Shown here: positions 1 to 14,001 of the stretch, in pieces | Numbering within the stretch: the stretch's first letter is position 1 | How the letters are laid out: the number at the start of each line of letters is the position of its first letter | Origin: Octopus sinensis | Lineage: Eukaryota | Assembly: GCF_006345805.1 (NCBI RefSeq) | Contig: NC_043001.1 | Span: 57,102,001 to 57,166,000 of the forward strand | DNA length: 64,000 nt | Reading direction: 5' to 3' | The notes under the pieces: model-generated | Databases searched by the model: none | Told to the model about the DNA's origin: nothing | The model's input: only the letters and a program-made list of their open reading frames with translations | Translations under genes and position numbers: made by a program

Positions 1-132
1 TTTTGTGTGTTTCTTCAATGGCTTATAAACTGCTTCCACGCTGCAATTGTTTTCGTTCCGGCACACGATCACAGATCAGGTCACTTGCTATGCAAGTACA
101 TCTCCGTAATATATTATATATATATATATATA

Positions 133-175
<43 letters not shown>

Positions 176-336
176 GAAGGTGTTTATAAGCCATTGAAGA
201 AACACAAAATATGTTAGATTCACTAACGTATTTTGTGTGTTTCTTCAATGGCTTATAAACTGCTTCCACGCTGCAATTGTTTTCGTTCCGGCACACGATC
301 ACAGATCAGGTCACTTGCTATGCAAGTACATCTCCG

Positions 337-344
<8 letters not shown>
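1..344. repeat. Tandem plus inverted duplication of a short interspersed repeat
   Basis: 1-114 is identical to 231-344. 182-209 is the near reverse complement of 231-260, forming a hairpin around ATGTTAGATTCACTAACGTA. The units are separated by (TA)n/(TG)n. Confidence 0.8.
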
Positions 345-376
<32 letters not shown>

Positions 377-931
377 CACTATATACATATGTATATGATT
401 GCAAATGCGTGTGTACATATGTGTGTGCGTGTGTGTGTGTGCGTGCGAGCATATACCAGTTTACATCAATATAAACTTGTCTGTTTCCGTCTATATACGC
501 TTTTGTATACAAAAACAAGTTTGATCAAATGTTTTAATACATGAACAAAAAGATAAGATGGAGAAAAAGAACAAAACACCCTTTCATAGATAAAATGATA
601 AGTCAGAATCGTACCCTTCTTCCAAAGTTTGAAGAACAAAAGAAGATTTACCATGCTTGAAAAGAAATATCTGGTGAATTTTAAAGTTTATTGTCACCAT
701 TGATCATTTTAATGGCGATAATAGCATCAAACAGTCTAAGAGTTACAGAGAAAAAGCATGTGGATTAGAGAGAGATAATAAAATGGCTAGGTTACACTGA
801 ACATACCAATATCTTCTAAACCCACCCATATATCTGCCAGCGATACGCGATACAAATATTCTTAATTTTTTCGTATATATGTATGTACACATATGTGTAT
901 GTGCGCGCGCGTGTGTTTTTGTGTTGTGTGA

Positions 932-1083
932 AGGCGTCTGGCCAAGTAGTTAGGATGTTGCACTCACGATCGCTAGATCGATTCCTTGTGCTGCCGGCGC
1001 GTTGTGTTCCTGAGCAAATCACTTCATTTTATGTTGCTCCAGTCACCACTTCGATCCGGCGGCATTGTTGGCTTGATCACCTA
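932..1083 (+). mobile_element. tRNA-derived SINE, decayed 5' part
   Basis: A-box-like GGCGTCTGGCCAAGTAGTTAGG and degenerate B-box region. The body TTGTGTTCCTGAGCAAATCACTT...GTTGCTCCAGT matches the better copy at 46658-46988. Confidence 0.65.
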
Positions 1084-1207
1084 GCCAGCGGGGTGGCGTC
1101 ATTTGAAAGCTAAAACAATGTAAATGCACTCTATGACCAGCTATGTGTAACAATATCTGATAGCATGGTCGGTCACGTGGTCACTGATATCTAACTATCT
1201 ACATATA

Positions 1208-2054
1208 TATGTAAAAGTAAAAAATACAAACTGGGACAAGAACGTGAAACATTTAGAAGACGACACAAAAAACACGGACGGGACATTCGAAGCCTTCAAT
1301 CTTCAGTCAAGAACCAGATCATCTTCGCAATTTCGGCTGATTAATCTTGAGATTGCTCCGACGTGGGCAGCCCCAAAGGAAAATCTAATGCGCTCGGCTT
1401 AGATTTTCCTTTGGGGCTGCCCACGTCCTTGGAAGAAAGCCTCGAATGTATAAAAAACAAGGACGGAAAACGGACGATGTTACACGAATAAAAATACAAA
1501 AATACATAAAAACAATAATGATAGCACGAATAAGAATACAAAAATACGTACAAACAATAATGATAATAATAACAACAAAACCAGGACGTCACAGACAAGC
1601 GTCTTTTCGACAGGACGAGTAAAGTTTTGAACTGGCGTTAGAAGAGAGCCTTAAGGCTACAGAGAGACAAACAAGTGTGTCTTGCCACAACGACTGCTGG
1701 ACGCGAAAGGACAGCAGTCGGTGGATGGTCACGTGATGGAAAGAAAGAGGAAAAAGAGGGACAGATGAAGAGAGAAAGAAGGGGAACAAGGAACAAAGGA
1801 GGAGAAGAAAGAGAGAGAAAGAGACAGATCAAGTGGAGTGCAAAGTGTGAAAGGCAGAGAAATGTAGGAGAGGGGGGAGAGAGACAGTGTTGTAGAGTCG
1901 TACCATGTGTTTAAGAATATATACTTACGTATAGGGTCAAAAAGGGGTACGTCGCCGCTTATGTAAGAGTAAAAAAATACAAACTGGGACAAGAATGTGA
2001 AACATTTAGAAGACGACACAAAAAGCACGGACGGGACATTCGAAGCCTTCAATC

Positions 2055-2059
<5 letters not shown>
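1208..2059 (-). mobile_element. Non-autonomous element with ~99-bp terminal direct repeats (pLTR-like) and an internal perfect hairpin
   Basis: 1208-1306 is repeated at 1960-2059 with few mismatches. A perfect 29-bp stem lies at 1360-1388/1399-1427. The element is bounded by (TA)n and (GA)n. Strand and PLE affinity are inferred. Confidence 0.55.
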
Positions 2060-2120
<61 letters not shown>

Positions 2121-2130
2121 AGATAGAGAA

Positions 2131-2180
<50 letters not shown>
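2058..2180. repeat. (GA)n microsatellite
   Basis: Direct reading. Confidence 0.95.
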
Positions 2181-2183
<3 letters not shown>

Positions 2184-2414
2184 GAAAAGAAAATAGACAG
2201 AAGAAATATAGACAGAAATACAGGCACACATAAATGAAAAATAAAGGCAAACAGGTATGTATAAGCAATATAAGTGTGTGCGTGTATATATACAGACATA
2301 TACATGCACATAGGCATGTGTGTGTGCTTGTATGTGTGTATGTGTATGTGTATGTAGCGCAATATATGGATTCATAGAATCATAAGGCCATCACAGTAAG
2401 TTCCGCTAGCGTAC

Positions 2415-2870
2415 CCGGCTAACAGACGACATGGTAATCCAATACATTTAATATAGAGTTTCATGCAACTGAAATCCAGGAGGTCCGATCGATGAAATTA
2501 TTGCATGAGGAATATGTAAACCTAAAAATTCCTCAGGTATGTCAGGTGAGATTACTTTCATTATCGGCACAGAATTGTGAATATACAATTTTTTTGTGAA
2601 CATACAATTTCAAGGTTTAATGCGTAACCTGCTTATTAGTGCAAAGACATGTAACCATAATTTACAATAAACTGAAATTATTATTGTATGAAGAAGGCTG
2701 CGAAACGGCCGTAATCCCAGGGATGACACGTGGTTAAATGAATATATTCCTTTCATAGCTCCTGACATATGATACATAGCCACCACATGAAATAATTTTA
2801 TCAAGTGGATGGCCTGGATTTCATTTGCATGATACCCTACATTGGATTATTTGTTAGTCTATTAGCCGAA
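2415..2870. repeat. Imperfect foldback element with ~100-bp inverted arms
   Basis: 2415-2515 is inverted relative to about 2775-2870 (e.g. TCATGCAACTGAAATCCAGG versus CCTGGATTTCATTTGCATGA). The internal segment 2670-2745 recurs degenerate at about 3275-3335. Confidence 0.55.
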
Positions 2871-3425
2871 TCCTACTACAGGAGCTTTCTATAATAGCCA
2901 CACGTGTCTATGAATCCACGAATTACACTAAAAATTTAGTTTGCACTACTCACTAACCTCCTGTGCACTTTAGAGATTCATTCACAATAATGTCAGAAAC
3001 TACAAATAAATGAGTCGCTGAAAGATATTCCTATCACTCGATAAGATTACTATGCTACGCTTCTCAACTGTAAAATTAACTCTCTTACATGACGAATGCG
3101 ATGGAATGCCTATATATAAAAAGAATATCTTTGTATGTAGAAAGTTAAATCATACGTTTTCTGGTGATCATATGAGCTACCTTTCTTTATGTCCAAAGAT
3201 TTGTGAAAATACAACTGTATTGCATAATGCATATCATGCACATTAGTACTTAGATATAAGCATAATATATTATATACTGAAATTATTAGCTGTGAAACGG
3301 CTGTAATTTTCAGGATGACGTGTGGTTAAATATATTAACCTCTCATTCATCCTAGCTTTTTAAATTTTATATGTGTACATGTATATGTAAAAGTATATGT
3401 ATGTCAGTATAAATATATATATATA

Positions 3426-3905
3426 TTCTTTCTTTTACTTGTTTCAGTCAATTGATTGTGGCAATGCTGAAACACCAACTTAAGGGGTGTCTAGTGGAAC
3501 AAATCGACCCAAGAACTTATTCGTTGTAAGCCTAGTACTTATCCTATCGCTCTCTTTTGCCGGACCGCTGCGTTACGGTGTCGTAAACACACCAACAACA
3601 GTTGCCAAGCGATGTTTGGGGTACAAACACAGCCTTAAACGCGCAAGTATATACACACTGACTCACAATCACGTATACAAACACTCACACGCGCACGCAC
3701 GCACATACGCACACATACACACACGCGCGCACACACACATATACGACGCGTTTCTTTCAGTTTCCGTCTACCAAATCCACTCACAGGGCTTTAATCGGCC
3801 CAAGGCTATAGTTGATGACATATACACAAAGTGCTACGCAGTGGCACTGATCCCGGAACCATGTGGTTAGGGTAACAAGCTTCTCACCACACAGCCTTTC
3901 CTGCG
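3426..3905 (-). mobile_element. tRNA-derived CORE-type SINE (probably octopus OR2-like)
   Basis: The minus strand reads as a tRNA-like head (GGTTCCGGGATCAGTGCCACTGCG), a body, an internal (TG/CA)n tract and a GTCAATTGACTGAAACAAGTAAAAG tail. The same family occurs at 16.0, 44.4, 52.4 and 56.0 kb. The family name is from memory. Confidence 0.75.
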
Positions 3906-3906
3906 A

Positions 3907-3938
<32 letters not shown>

Positions 3939-4286
3939 TTATATACCCCCACACATATATGCATGTAGTGTACTATTCCGTGATGTTAAGATAAAAGAAA
4001 TTGTACTCCATCTGGTGGGAGATGAATATTATTTTGCTAAACACAATATATATTTTTTATGACTAACTTAGTTTCATGAGATGAAAACAGCACAGACAAT
4101 ATTTTTTAACACGTCTGATGCTTTCACGCAATTCTCAGACTATGGCTACATAGCATAACTAACTAAAAACAGGCAAGTTATGCCATGTGGGCACAGTCTG
4201 AGGATTGCGCGAAGGCACGAGATGTGTTAAAAATGCTGTCTGAGATGTTTTCATTGCATGGAACTAACAGTAACTCATAAAAATAT

Positions 4287-4376
<90 letters not shown>

Positions 4377-4449
4377 TGTGAGTGTATTTGTGTGTGTGTC
4401 TGCGTGCACGTAGATATTTTTATACACATCTATACACACACACACACAG

Positions 4450-4482
<33 letters not shown>

Positions 4483-5553
4483 TATATACACCTACAACTT
4501 ATATTTATATCCCAACCCCACAAAATCCTTTTAGATGCAAACACTTCAAAGAAAATTCACAACCTCACCACATGCCTCAAAACAAAAATAATGTGAATTG
4601 TTCAAGATCTGAGTTAGTTATAATCCTTCCATAGATTGTGAAATATGAAAATCAGTGGGGTTCACAGACGCAAACATGTTTTGAACAACGGTTGATCCTT
4701 GTCTCTGAAAGCTCGTCGTCATACGTTGTCCTTTTGTACGGTAGAGGGCTGTAGAATAGTTCTAATGTTGCATAAATCAAAGGAACGGTAAGTAGTATTG
4801 TATATTCACAGCAGTTGTGAAAACAGGGATTGGAGAAGAATATGAAGGACAATAATAAACAGCAAAAGGTTTTAACAATTATAAATAAAAGAATATGGGA
4901 AAGAAAAGAAGTGTGAACTGACAAAGGAATTAGATCCAGTCTGCTGGATGTTCAATTTGGAAAAGGCAAAGTACAATAGTAAATAAAGTAAAAGTGCATT
5001 TGGAAAAACGTGACTTCACCCATAGTGAAACAGGCGCTGCTTTCTTGCTTTATGTTGTTTCACATACAATACAATACAAGAATAAGATTATTCGGTGAGT
5101 GTGATGGTGAATGTCGACCATACCGTCGCTATGAGCAAGGCATGCATTGAAAATATAGAACATAGACTAAAATTAGTTATGCGATAAAACATGATGGTGG
5201 CGATCGGAATGTCTGTAGTGGTGCCGTTATCGTTAGTGTGGGGTGCTGTTCGTTGGCATGGTGGTGATCATGACAGAAGTAGTAACAGTAATGGTGGTGG
5301 TGGTTTAGGTGGTGATGGGAATGTTTAGAAGGGTGCCAAAATTATTATTGTTGGAGATGGTGATGGAAGAATTGTTGTGAATATTAGTAGTGGCTGTGGT
5401 GATTGTGTTTGTGATGATAATGGAAGTGTAGTGATAGTAACGGTGGTACGATATTAGAGGTAGCAGTGGTGGTGGTGGTAGTGATGGTAGTGTAGTTCGT
5501 GGATATAATTATTGTGGGAATGACGATAAATTTGGTGGAGAGTGTGAGAATCA

Positions 5554-5556
<3 letters not shown>

Positions 5557-5587
<31 letters not shown>

Positions 5588-5610
5588 CCACGACGACGAC
5601 GACGATGATA

Positions 5611-5651
<41 letters not shown>
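5557..5651. repeat. (GAT)n/(GAC)n microsatellite with upstream GGT-rich low-complexity tract
   Basis: Direct reading; explains the poly-D and poly-M ORFs. Confidence 0.95.
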
Positions 5652-5652
<1 letters not shown>

Positions 5653-8600
5653 CTTTACGTATATCTCACAACACTTATTCGACTTTCTCCTGTATTAACG
5701 TTGTGTGTGTCAATTATTCAACCAACTCATCGATCTTATTGATTGCACCAGTCTGCCGATGGTTGAGTATTCCATAGATTAGTTTTACGTAATTCCTGGC
5801 CGAATCAACATGTTAATGTCTGAATAAACTCTGATTTGAAGTACCAATACAACCCTTCTCAATGAATTCCAAATAGTCTACACGATTTCGTCCACATGGC
5901 TTGAGTGAACTGAAGCTATAATAAAAGATACGTCCAAAATGTCACGCAATCAGATCGAATCCAGGAAGTAACTTATGGTTGAGAAGAAAACGTAACAATC
6001 CGGACATGCATGTTTCAAAGTTGTCCCCTATTACATTGCTGAAAAATCTGAAAGACAAAAACTAGGAAGATGTACTTACAAACATTTTTAAATATAGAGG
6101 AACAATCAAAGATTCTAAAGTGGTTTCTTCTTAAGAAGATACACATCTCTTCAGGAGGAAAATCTGGAATGGGGTTAACGTGCGATAATGGAGTTCAATC
6201 AGGAAACAAGTTGGCTTGAAGAAAGCAGACAGAAATATTGTCACGTATCACAACAAAATTATACATTAAAAATGAGATTATTCAGACTGTGGTTTAACTT
6301 TTCAGCGTTCAAATTACTCTGTTTAATGTAATGCTTATCTATTCACATTGTTTTGAATTAAACATGCTATGCTTTAATTTCTGAGATCTCCATGATGCGA
6401 TTGCTTAAATTTAGAAGGATGTTGTAGGTAATTGTAGGATTGGTGTGAGAGGTTGCATCTGGCTGGTTCGACTATGAAAACTGGTAGAATACTTAGGTCG
6501 GATATGGCCGATTTGAATGCTAAAGTTTTAAAATTTCACGAGAGGAAAGTACCAGGACGTCATCTGTGGGATATTTCAGCGAAAAATTACGTATCTGAAT
6601 TATCTTATTACCATTTAGCAGCTACCGCCCAATGGTTATATGTACATAACGTTATGAGTGAAACTGGTTTAAAGAAACTTAGTATAAAAAATCAGTGCCA
6701 CTCATTGTGGAAAACTGAGGGCTAAAGTTTCCAAGTATAAAATATATGCAAGACAATTTCAAACAGCTTCTCCAGTATTAATTTTATTCAAATAACGTCA
6801 TAATTAAGCAAATAGTTGGGAAAAGATAAATTAGGGGCTGAGCTGAGCAACTTTTAATTTAAAAAAGCTAGGATGTCAAAGGTGCGGTGGCATAAAAGCA
6901 GTTTGGTACTTGTGTGATTGGACTTCAAGAACGAATTCGATTTTGTTCCCTACTCGTGGATGCGAATGATTACTGAATTTTCAGATGTCATGAACAAAGG
7001 CCATAGACTAGCCGACTTTACCCTGGACCACTGAAATAGTTAGTTGTATTTGCACTGAGATGATACCGTATCACAAGAGAATATTCCAGCAGTTTATCTT
7101 GGACTAGTAACAGGAATATTAGCTCTCACTTTCAAGCATTGTTTGTTTGTTTGCTTGTTTCATTCTTTCTTTCTTCCTTTCTAATATAGGTACAGGTAAG
7201 GGCTCGCATTACATGTAAACGGCCAACATGAAACAACTTAGACAAACTCTGTGAAACGATCACTGTGAATGTCAAGAACATCATAAGTCACAGTCTGAGA
7301 ATAAGTTATAATACAGACATGATGAGAGACTAGAAAATTGTACAATGTAATTCGTAAAATGTGTTACACTGAGGATACAAATATAAGAAGCTACAATGAT
7401 GTGCAGAAGGAAATTGCACTGTATGAAAGTATTCCCGTTAACAACTTCAGTAAGTTGCTAGTAGATGAGACTAGAAATAACAATCCTGAAGAAGAGTAAG
7501 AAATTATGTATAGAAGGCAAAATCAATTGCGCAGCAGATGACATCTTCATGTTAAGGATTAACTAAAAAATAAAATGTTGTTAGACCGATGAGAAAGCAA
7601 CTGTTACTTGATTCAGAGGACAACTTTGATTTATACATGTAATTATTAGAGGAGTTAGACACGTAACGCATTGCTTCAGAAAATAGGCTTTAGAAAATCA
7701 TAGAATACATTAAAGTAGTGAATAGAGGCAACATCTACGAAGTGCATATGCGCATGTGTAGAGATGCAAACATCTGTATGTATACTCTTATATAGAATCC
7801 ACGCATGCAATATCAATCATTTCTGCATAAGTATAAGCATGTGCAAATAGACAGGTACACGTGTATGCTCACATACATATTTGTGTGTGTTTGTATATGT
7901 GTGTGAGCGTGCGCAAGGCACTCTCACACTCATGCGCATGCGCACACACACACGCGCACACCGCATGCACACATATAAAACAATCCAGCTACATTTGTTT
8001 GGAACTGAAAAGAAAAAAGTTAACTGTTCATTATACAGGTCAGCTGCCAAGCAAATTTCTTTGAGTGTCAGTGAGAAAGTGTACCGGGTTTTGTTATTAA
8101 CTATCTAAGCAATAACATCGAATATGAGTATTCCCAAGCAAAGAAATTGTCCTCCTAACACGCAATTTGCAAATTTAATCCTGAAGCAGAGCAGCGAAAT
8201 TATGCACGGCTTATCTAAATTTCAACATGCAATTCTTTGCTGTTATTGTTATTTAAATTCCAGGAGTAGAACTGTTTCTTTGTTAGAAAGTAGCTCCTTC
8301 TTTATAGCTTTATAGGCATTCATATTAAAAGCGAAGCATATTAAACATACGTATCATGATAACACACACACACACATGCTCACACGCACACACACGTACA
8401 CACATACGCACGCACACACACACATTTACATACAAGATTTTAAAGATGTACATTCACATGCAAGAATTTGCATACATTCATATCAACATGCATATCATCA
8501 TAAATAAATTTGTTGTTCTGCAGGATCCTGTGACAGGGTTCATGATTTTAGGAATTAGATTGGAATACATTTTATTGAAATTGCTGTGATTATAAATGAA

Positions 8601-9512
8601 TTAATATCTAAGCTTGGGATTAGCATTTGCATATTTTAAAGTATATGGCAACTTGTACTCAATAATGCTGCCGGAAATTGTAACATATTTAATTTTGAAT
8701 AAGTCGTATAAATCTAACTACAGTTTAAAATGTACAAATTTATTCAATGATTCAAAAGTTTGAATGGAAATGGATTGATTAATATAATTGTTATTGTATA
8801 TCTCTTATCTGATCTGTGACTGGAAAATTACAAATTGCTGTGCAAGAGGAACGAATTGTATATCTAACATTCCTATATGATTGTACAGCAAACTTGATGT
8901 TTTAGCGATGAAGCTAAACGTGTAAGCTAGATGTTTAGTGTTCCAGTGCGGACCAAATGTTTTATCAGTTGGTATGCTTCGGCTCCAAGTATATTTCATA
9001 CACACTCACCACCTTTTCTTCAAAGTAACTACAACTGTTCTTTACTTCTATCTTACCTTATTAGGAATAAACATTCTCCACTCTACCTGCATGCTCACAC
9101 TGAAGTCATACACATGAGCAACAGAGACGCCACGAAAGAATCGAATTCCTTGTATAAATTAATCCGTTAAAAAATTTTTGTGAAATCTTTCTCTAACATA
9201 AATGTTTTGTTTGCATCTCCTCTTCTTTCTTCATCACTCTCTCGCTCTCTCTCTCTCTATATGACCTACACGGATCACTAGCACTGTCCGTTTCAGTTGC
9301 CTCCGAAAAGCGCATAACTTTATGGAAACAATCCGCGGAGGAATGGCAGTTTTCTATCATTATTACATCGATCTCTCACCCAGTGAACCTCTTTCTCTCT
9401 CGCCTTCTCTCTCTTGCTACTGCCTCTATTTGTATGTATGTATGTATGTATGTATGTATGTATGTATGTATGTATGTATGTATGTATGTATGTATGTATG
9501 TATGTATGTATG

Positions 9513-12500
9513 AAAGTACTCACAGAAATATATTTCTCAAAAAGAATCATTAATGACGTTAAGCTATCAATTTCAAAAATAGTTAATTTCTTCTTTTGAA
9601 AGTTTGCTACACAATGGAAAGCAATTGATGTAACATTCTGGAAATTGCTGCTTTAGAACAGCAAACCTGGGTCGGGAAGACACTTCGAATACTTATATAA
9701 ATTGATCAACCATCCATAGACAAGATCCTCACCTCTCTAGAATTGTCAGAAGGCTACATACTGTATGTAGTGGTGGAGGGCTGGCTGCCACGCCGCTATC
9801 TGTGCGGCAGCTAAGCACATTTAAAAAAAGCATTACTACACACACCACTATCAACACAGAAGACAACTAAAGAAGCATACCAACCAAATCCATCAACATC
9901 GACAATCGAAAATAAAAAAAAGCACCTGAAAAAATACCACCACCAACAAGAACTAAAAGTACAGAAAAACCAAAAGAAGATACTAAATCTGATCCCTCCT
10001 CCCCTATATCAAATATATCTTACACAAACAATCAACAACCAACACCAACGAAAACAACAACACAACCACTTACACAAACATATATAGACACTTACAACAG
10101 GCCCTTACTCCCTTCCGATTCCTCAGAAATTTCGTCGGAAGACGAAAGCGGTGAGGAATGGCAAATAGCCAGAAAAGGAAGGAGAAAGGGGGCAAAAAAG
10201 AACAAAAGTAAACACAAACAAAGCAGGAGAAACACAATTCCCGGAGACATTTCGAACACAAACAACAGCAACACTACGAAAACGATTCTCACAGCCATAA
10301 ACACTAAAAACACAGAGTTGATGAAATATATCAACTCAAAAACAAACCTAACAGCAACCACCTACAAGCACCCACCTTCACACAACACCACCAGAACACA
10401 TCAAAAGTTTGCGCGACACACCGACCTCGCACCACATACCAAAATCTTTCTACCTCAATGCGATAGGGGGATGTCAAAAAATTACTACTCAAAAGAGCTA
10501 TGCAGCAACCTCCTTGAAAAATCAAAGGAAGAGACAAAACTTTCGAACGGTAAGTAACGCTCTGTTCCTTTCGTTTGTGTTTTAACAACACACAACTCAT
10601 TAGGCTCATGATCAAGATTGGTTGTGTTAATGCACGTGGCTTGGGGTCCCCTTGGAAACAAGGGTACCTCTTAAATGACATAAAGTCACACGAGTTAGGA
10701 ATTAAGTGAGACCAGACCCCATAATCCACGGGCCATAAAGTCCATGTTTGGTGGACAGTTTAACATTTATTTTGCTCCCTGTCTGCCAAGAATGGGCGGT
10801 AGTGTACTACGGTACTTTTTTGCAAGAGTCTAGATCTCGAAGTAAAGACAGTATTCGTAGACTCAGAGCATACAGTGGTTGTACTGGATGTCGACGGCAG
10901 CGATGGGTGTGATTTTCGACTCCTATCAGTCTATGCTCCGCATTTAACATGTCGGCCGGATTTCTTTCGACTTCTAGAAGTATTCCTAGGAACGTCTCGT
11001 CCTTTACATGGACACGCATCTAGACTACATGGGCAGATATAGGAATACACGGGGATGTAAATGCGTCAGAGACCAGCTCAGATGCTTTCAACTGTCTGAC
11101 TAGTACCGACTCGACAACCCAAATGCGCAACGTGGACATGGAGCAACGACATTGGGTCGTCGAGATCGTATCTAGATAGAATACTGTGTAGGACAGTAGA
11201 TAGGGGATAGCTTAGGATGTCCACAATTCCACATAGTCAGCTACACGGCCCCGGTTACTGGAAACTGAATGCGACTTTCCCGTCGTGACAGATTTTCAGA
11301 GACCGAATTAGTACGCTAGTAAAAAGGGCTTTGACGGGAGCCATCATCAACAACAAATGGTGGTTTGCCCACAAGAGAGCAATAAAAGCAGATTCGATTA
11401 TGTATAGCAAAGCCCTAGCGATACATAGAAGCAGAGTAGAGGGTGACCCTAATTAAGAAGCTAGAAAAGGCGATTAGAAGTGCCATCGCATCCGACGTTT
11501 TGGCGGCGAGGTTGGCCCTCGACCAACATTTCAACGCCAAACACGAAGACTGTGTTGTTTGGGCTAGGATGCTCTTGGAGCCGAGGGCCCGGGTGGCGGG
11601 AGCGCAACAGAGCAACAAAGCCACCATTCGGTCCCTTGTAGATGAACAGGGGCGCAAATTACTCGAACCCAGCAAAATGTGAGGCGTTTCAGCATCATTT
11701 TGCCCGACTGTTCGGGACGAGTGGCGAGCGAGAACGCAAGGTAGACTTCAGTGCCTATCTGCACAGCCTGCCACGACTCGCAGTAAGAGAAGCAGAGTGT
11801 TGCGAGGGTCAAATTGCCGGGTTTGGATGGTCTACCCTACGACATTTCCAGTTGTATGCTAGACTTGTTTGGAGACGGATTGACAGCAGTGTACTACAAC
11901 TGGCAGCAAAACGGGAGTATCCCCAGTTTTGTGAGCCGAGGAGCCGGAAAGCTACTGAAGACAGATCCAAACAAGAGGGGTACGTAATAGATAACTCTAG
12001 GCCCATCACTCTGCTCAATGCAGATTTGAAAATTATGGCAAAGGTGTTAGCCAAGAGGTTGGCGATTGTCATCTAGAAACTGGTTGACAAGGCGTAAACG
12101 TACGCCGTGCCGGGCCAAAAACATCCATGACAACCTGATGCGCTACATCATAGACAGAGTAGTTAAGGAACCTGGCATGGGTGGGGCCCTTGATCAATTT
12201 GGATCAATCCAAAGCTTTCGATAGGGTAGATCGTCGATACTTGGAGGCTGTCTTCATAGCAGCCAGTTTCGGTCAGCTGGATAGCTGCCTCGTACAGAGG
12301 TATCCGTTCGGTAATTCGCGTTCAGTCCGTCAGGGATGCCCTTTCTCGTCGCTTCTGTACGTATTGACTCTCGAGCTACTACTGCGGAAGCTGGCGACAC
12401 TGAGGGGCATCCCGCCAGAACTGGGGTGTAGGACGGGTGTGTCCGCATAAGGGAAAAGTTAGTGGACTTGCAGCTCGGCACCTGGAAAAGCATGCCCATG

Positions 12501-13918
12501 CCGTCCAGTAGCGCCTCCGCAGTGGGATGCTGGACCGACAGTCCCGTCAGGTTGCTCGGGTTCTGGTTTGGTTCGGGCCTCCAAACGGAGGAGAACTGGG
12601 TCGAGATAACAAGTAGGGTGGCCACTCTCTCCCGGCAATGGTTCGAGAGGAAGCTGTCCCTAAAAGGTCGTGTGGAGGTGGCGAACGCGTATATCGCATC
12701 CATCATCTACTACCGTCTGACCGTCGTTCCTTGTTCCGACCCTACCATCACCAAACTGAACGCATCTTCTTCCGCTTCTTGTGGAAAGGAAGCGTTTCGA
12801 TGGTCTGGTGATCCGTTTGCTACAAACACCCGCTAAAAGAAAGGCTGGGCATGCAATGGTTGATGATGCACAGATATGCACTGAGACTGCAACATCTCCA
12901 GCTCTACGTAGACGACGGTGGACAGTTGTGGTCGCAGTTTTTGCGGCGCGCTTTCCCATAGCGCGTCTCCATGCCCAAGCTGCGGTCGTGGATCAAGAAG
13001 AGGCCGAAGAAGGGCGAATGGCACTGCGAGTGTCGCGTTGCTCTCGAGCAACTATGCCGTTCCGGGTTGATCTTGAGCGATTGCATCATATCCAAAGCAT
13101 TCTATAGGGGATTAGGGGAGGAGAGGTACGACGACGATCTCGGGGCGAGCCTGGACGTCGATGAGGAATACCTGACCCGCCTGTTCAAGACGACTTTCGG
13201 GCCAGAACTTATGGACAACTTCTAGAGATCCCTGGTCTAAGAATGCTATCGAAAAGCGCTACATGTTCGGGATAAGCCCTACAGAGCGACAAAACCGTTC
13301 TGCACGCACTCGTGCAGTGTCCAACCATTTCCGATCTGTGGGCTTATGTCGAACCACTGCTGTCACGTGTGGGACGAGTCGGTTTATCAGCCGAGTCTAT
13401 CGTCAATATGGTCGCGCCTCCTTCCTTCAAACGGGAAGGAAGAGCCATTTTCATCGTACTTGTGGCTATGGCGAAAGAATGTGTCTAGTTAACGCGTCTG
13501 AAAGAACTAGAGACAAACACTTTCCTCGCTGGTCAATCTCACACCCTCTAAGAGTAGAGGGGGAAGTTTTGTTTATAGCGAATGCTTCGACAAAAGATGG
13601 GAGGACCTAGATAAAAAACAAAGGAAGAAAGAGAGTTACCTACTTGTAAATGTGTTATTGTGTGACATTATTGCTCGAGGTTACCATGGTCTTTTCTTAG
13701 GTTTTTCTTTCCCCATATAAACCTCCCCACTTTTGGGAACTTTTTTGTTCTATTTCCACTTTTGTATATCCCAAACGATTTCGATCCCTTTTAACCGTTT
13801 TCCCTATTTTTATTTTTATATTTTTATTTTTCGCAACCCCGTCCTCTCAAAAAGAAAAAAAAAACTCTACGTTGCATTTGTCCTCTCTATGTTCAGCCCT
13901 GTGTGACCAATAAAGAAA
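9513..13918 (+). mobile_element. Decayed near-full-length Tx1/L1-clade LINE (ORF1 remnant plus APE endonuclease-RT ORF2)
   Basis: ORF1 remnant YVVVEGWLPRRYLCG (~9765-9810). ORF2 start IKIGCVNARGLGSPW (~10611), then YLDRILCR, PGYWKLN, RPITLLNADLKIMAKVLAKRL, LINLDQSKAFDRVD and VRQGCPFSSLLYVL. The YADD segment is deleted near 12450. There are many stops and frameshifts. The 3' end is AATAAAGAAAG followed by (TATC)n. Confidence 0.9.
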
Positions 13919-13919
13919 G

Positions 13920-14000
<81 letters not shown>
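13919..14000. repeat. (TATC)n microsatellite at the LINE 3' end
   Basis: Direct reading. Confidence 0.95.

Positions 14001-14001
<1 letters not shown>

Noticed and set aside
1281-1360. Possible HHR on the minus strand of the direct-repeat element (CTGAAGA; CCGAAATTG)
   Set aside because: The motifs are in an order that could not be folded into three stems
8160-8640. A few ATTTGCA(T/A) octamer-like sites
   Set aside because: Expected by chance in AT-rich DNA, with no supporting promoter context
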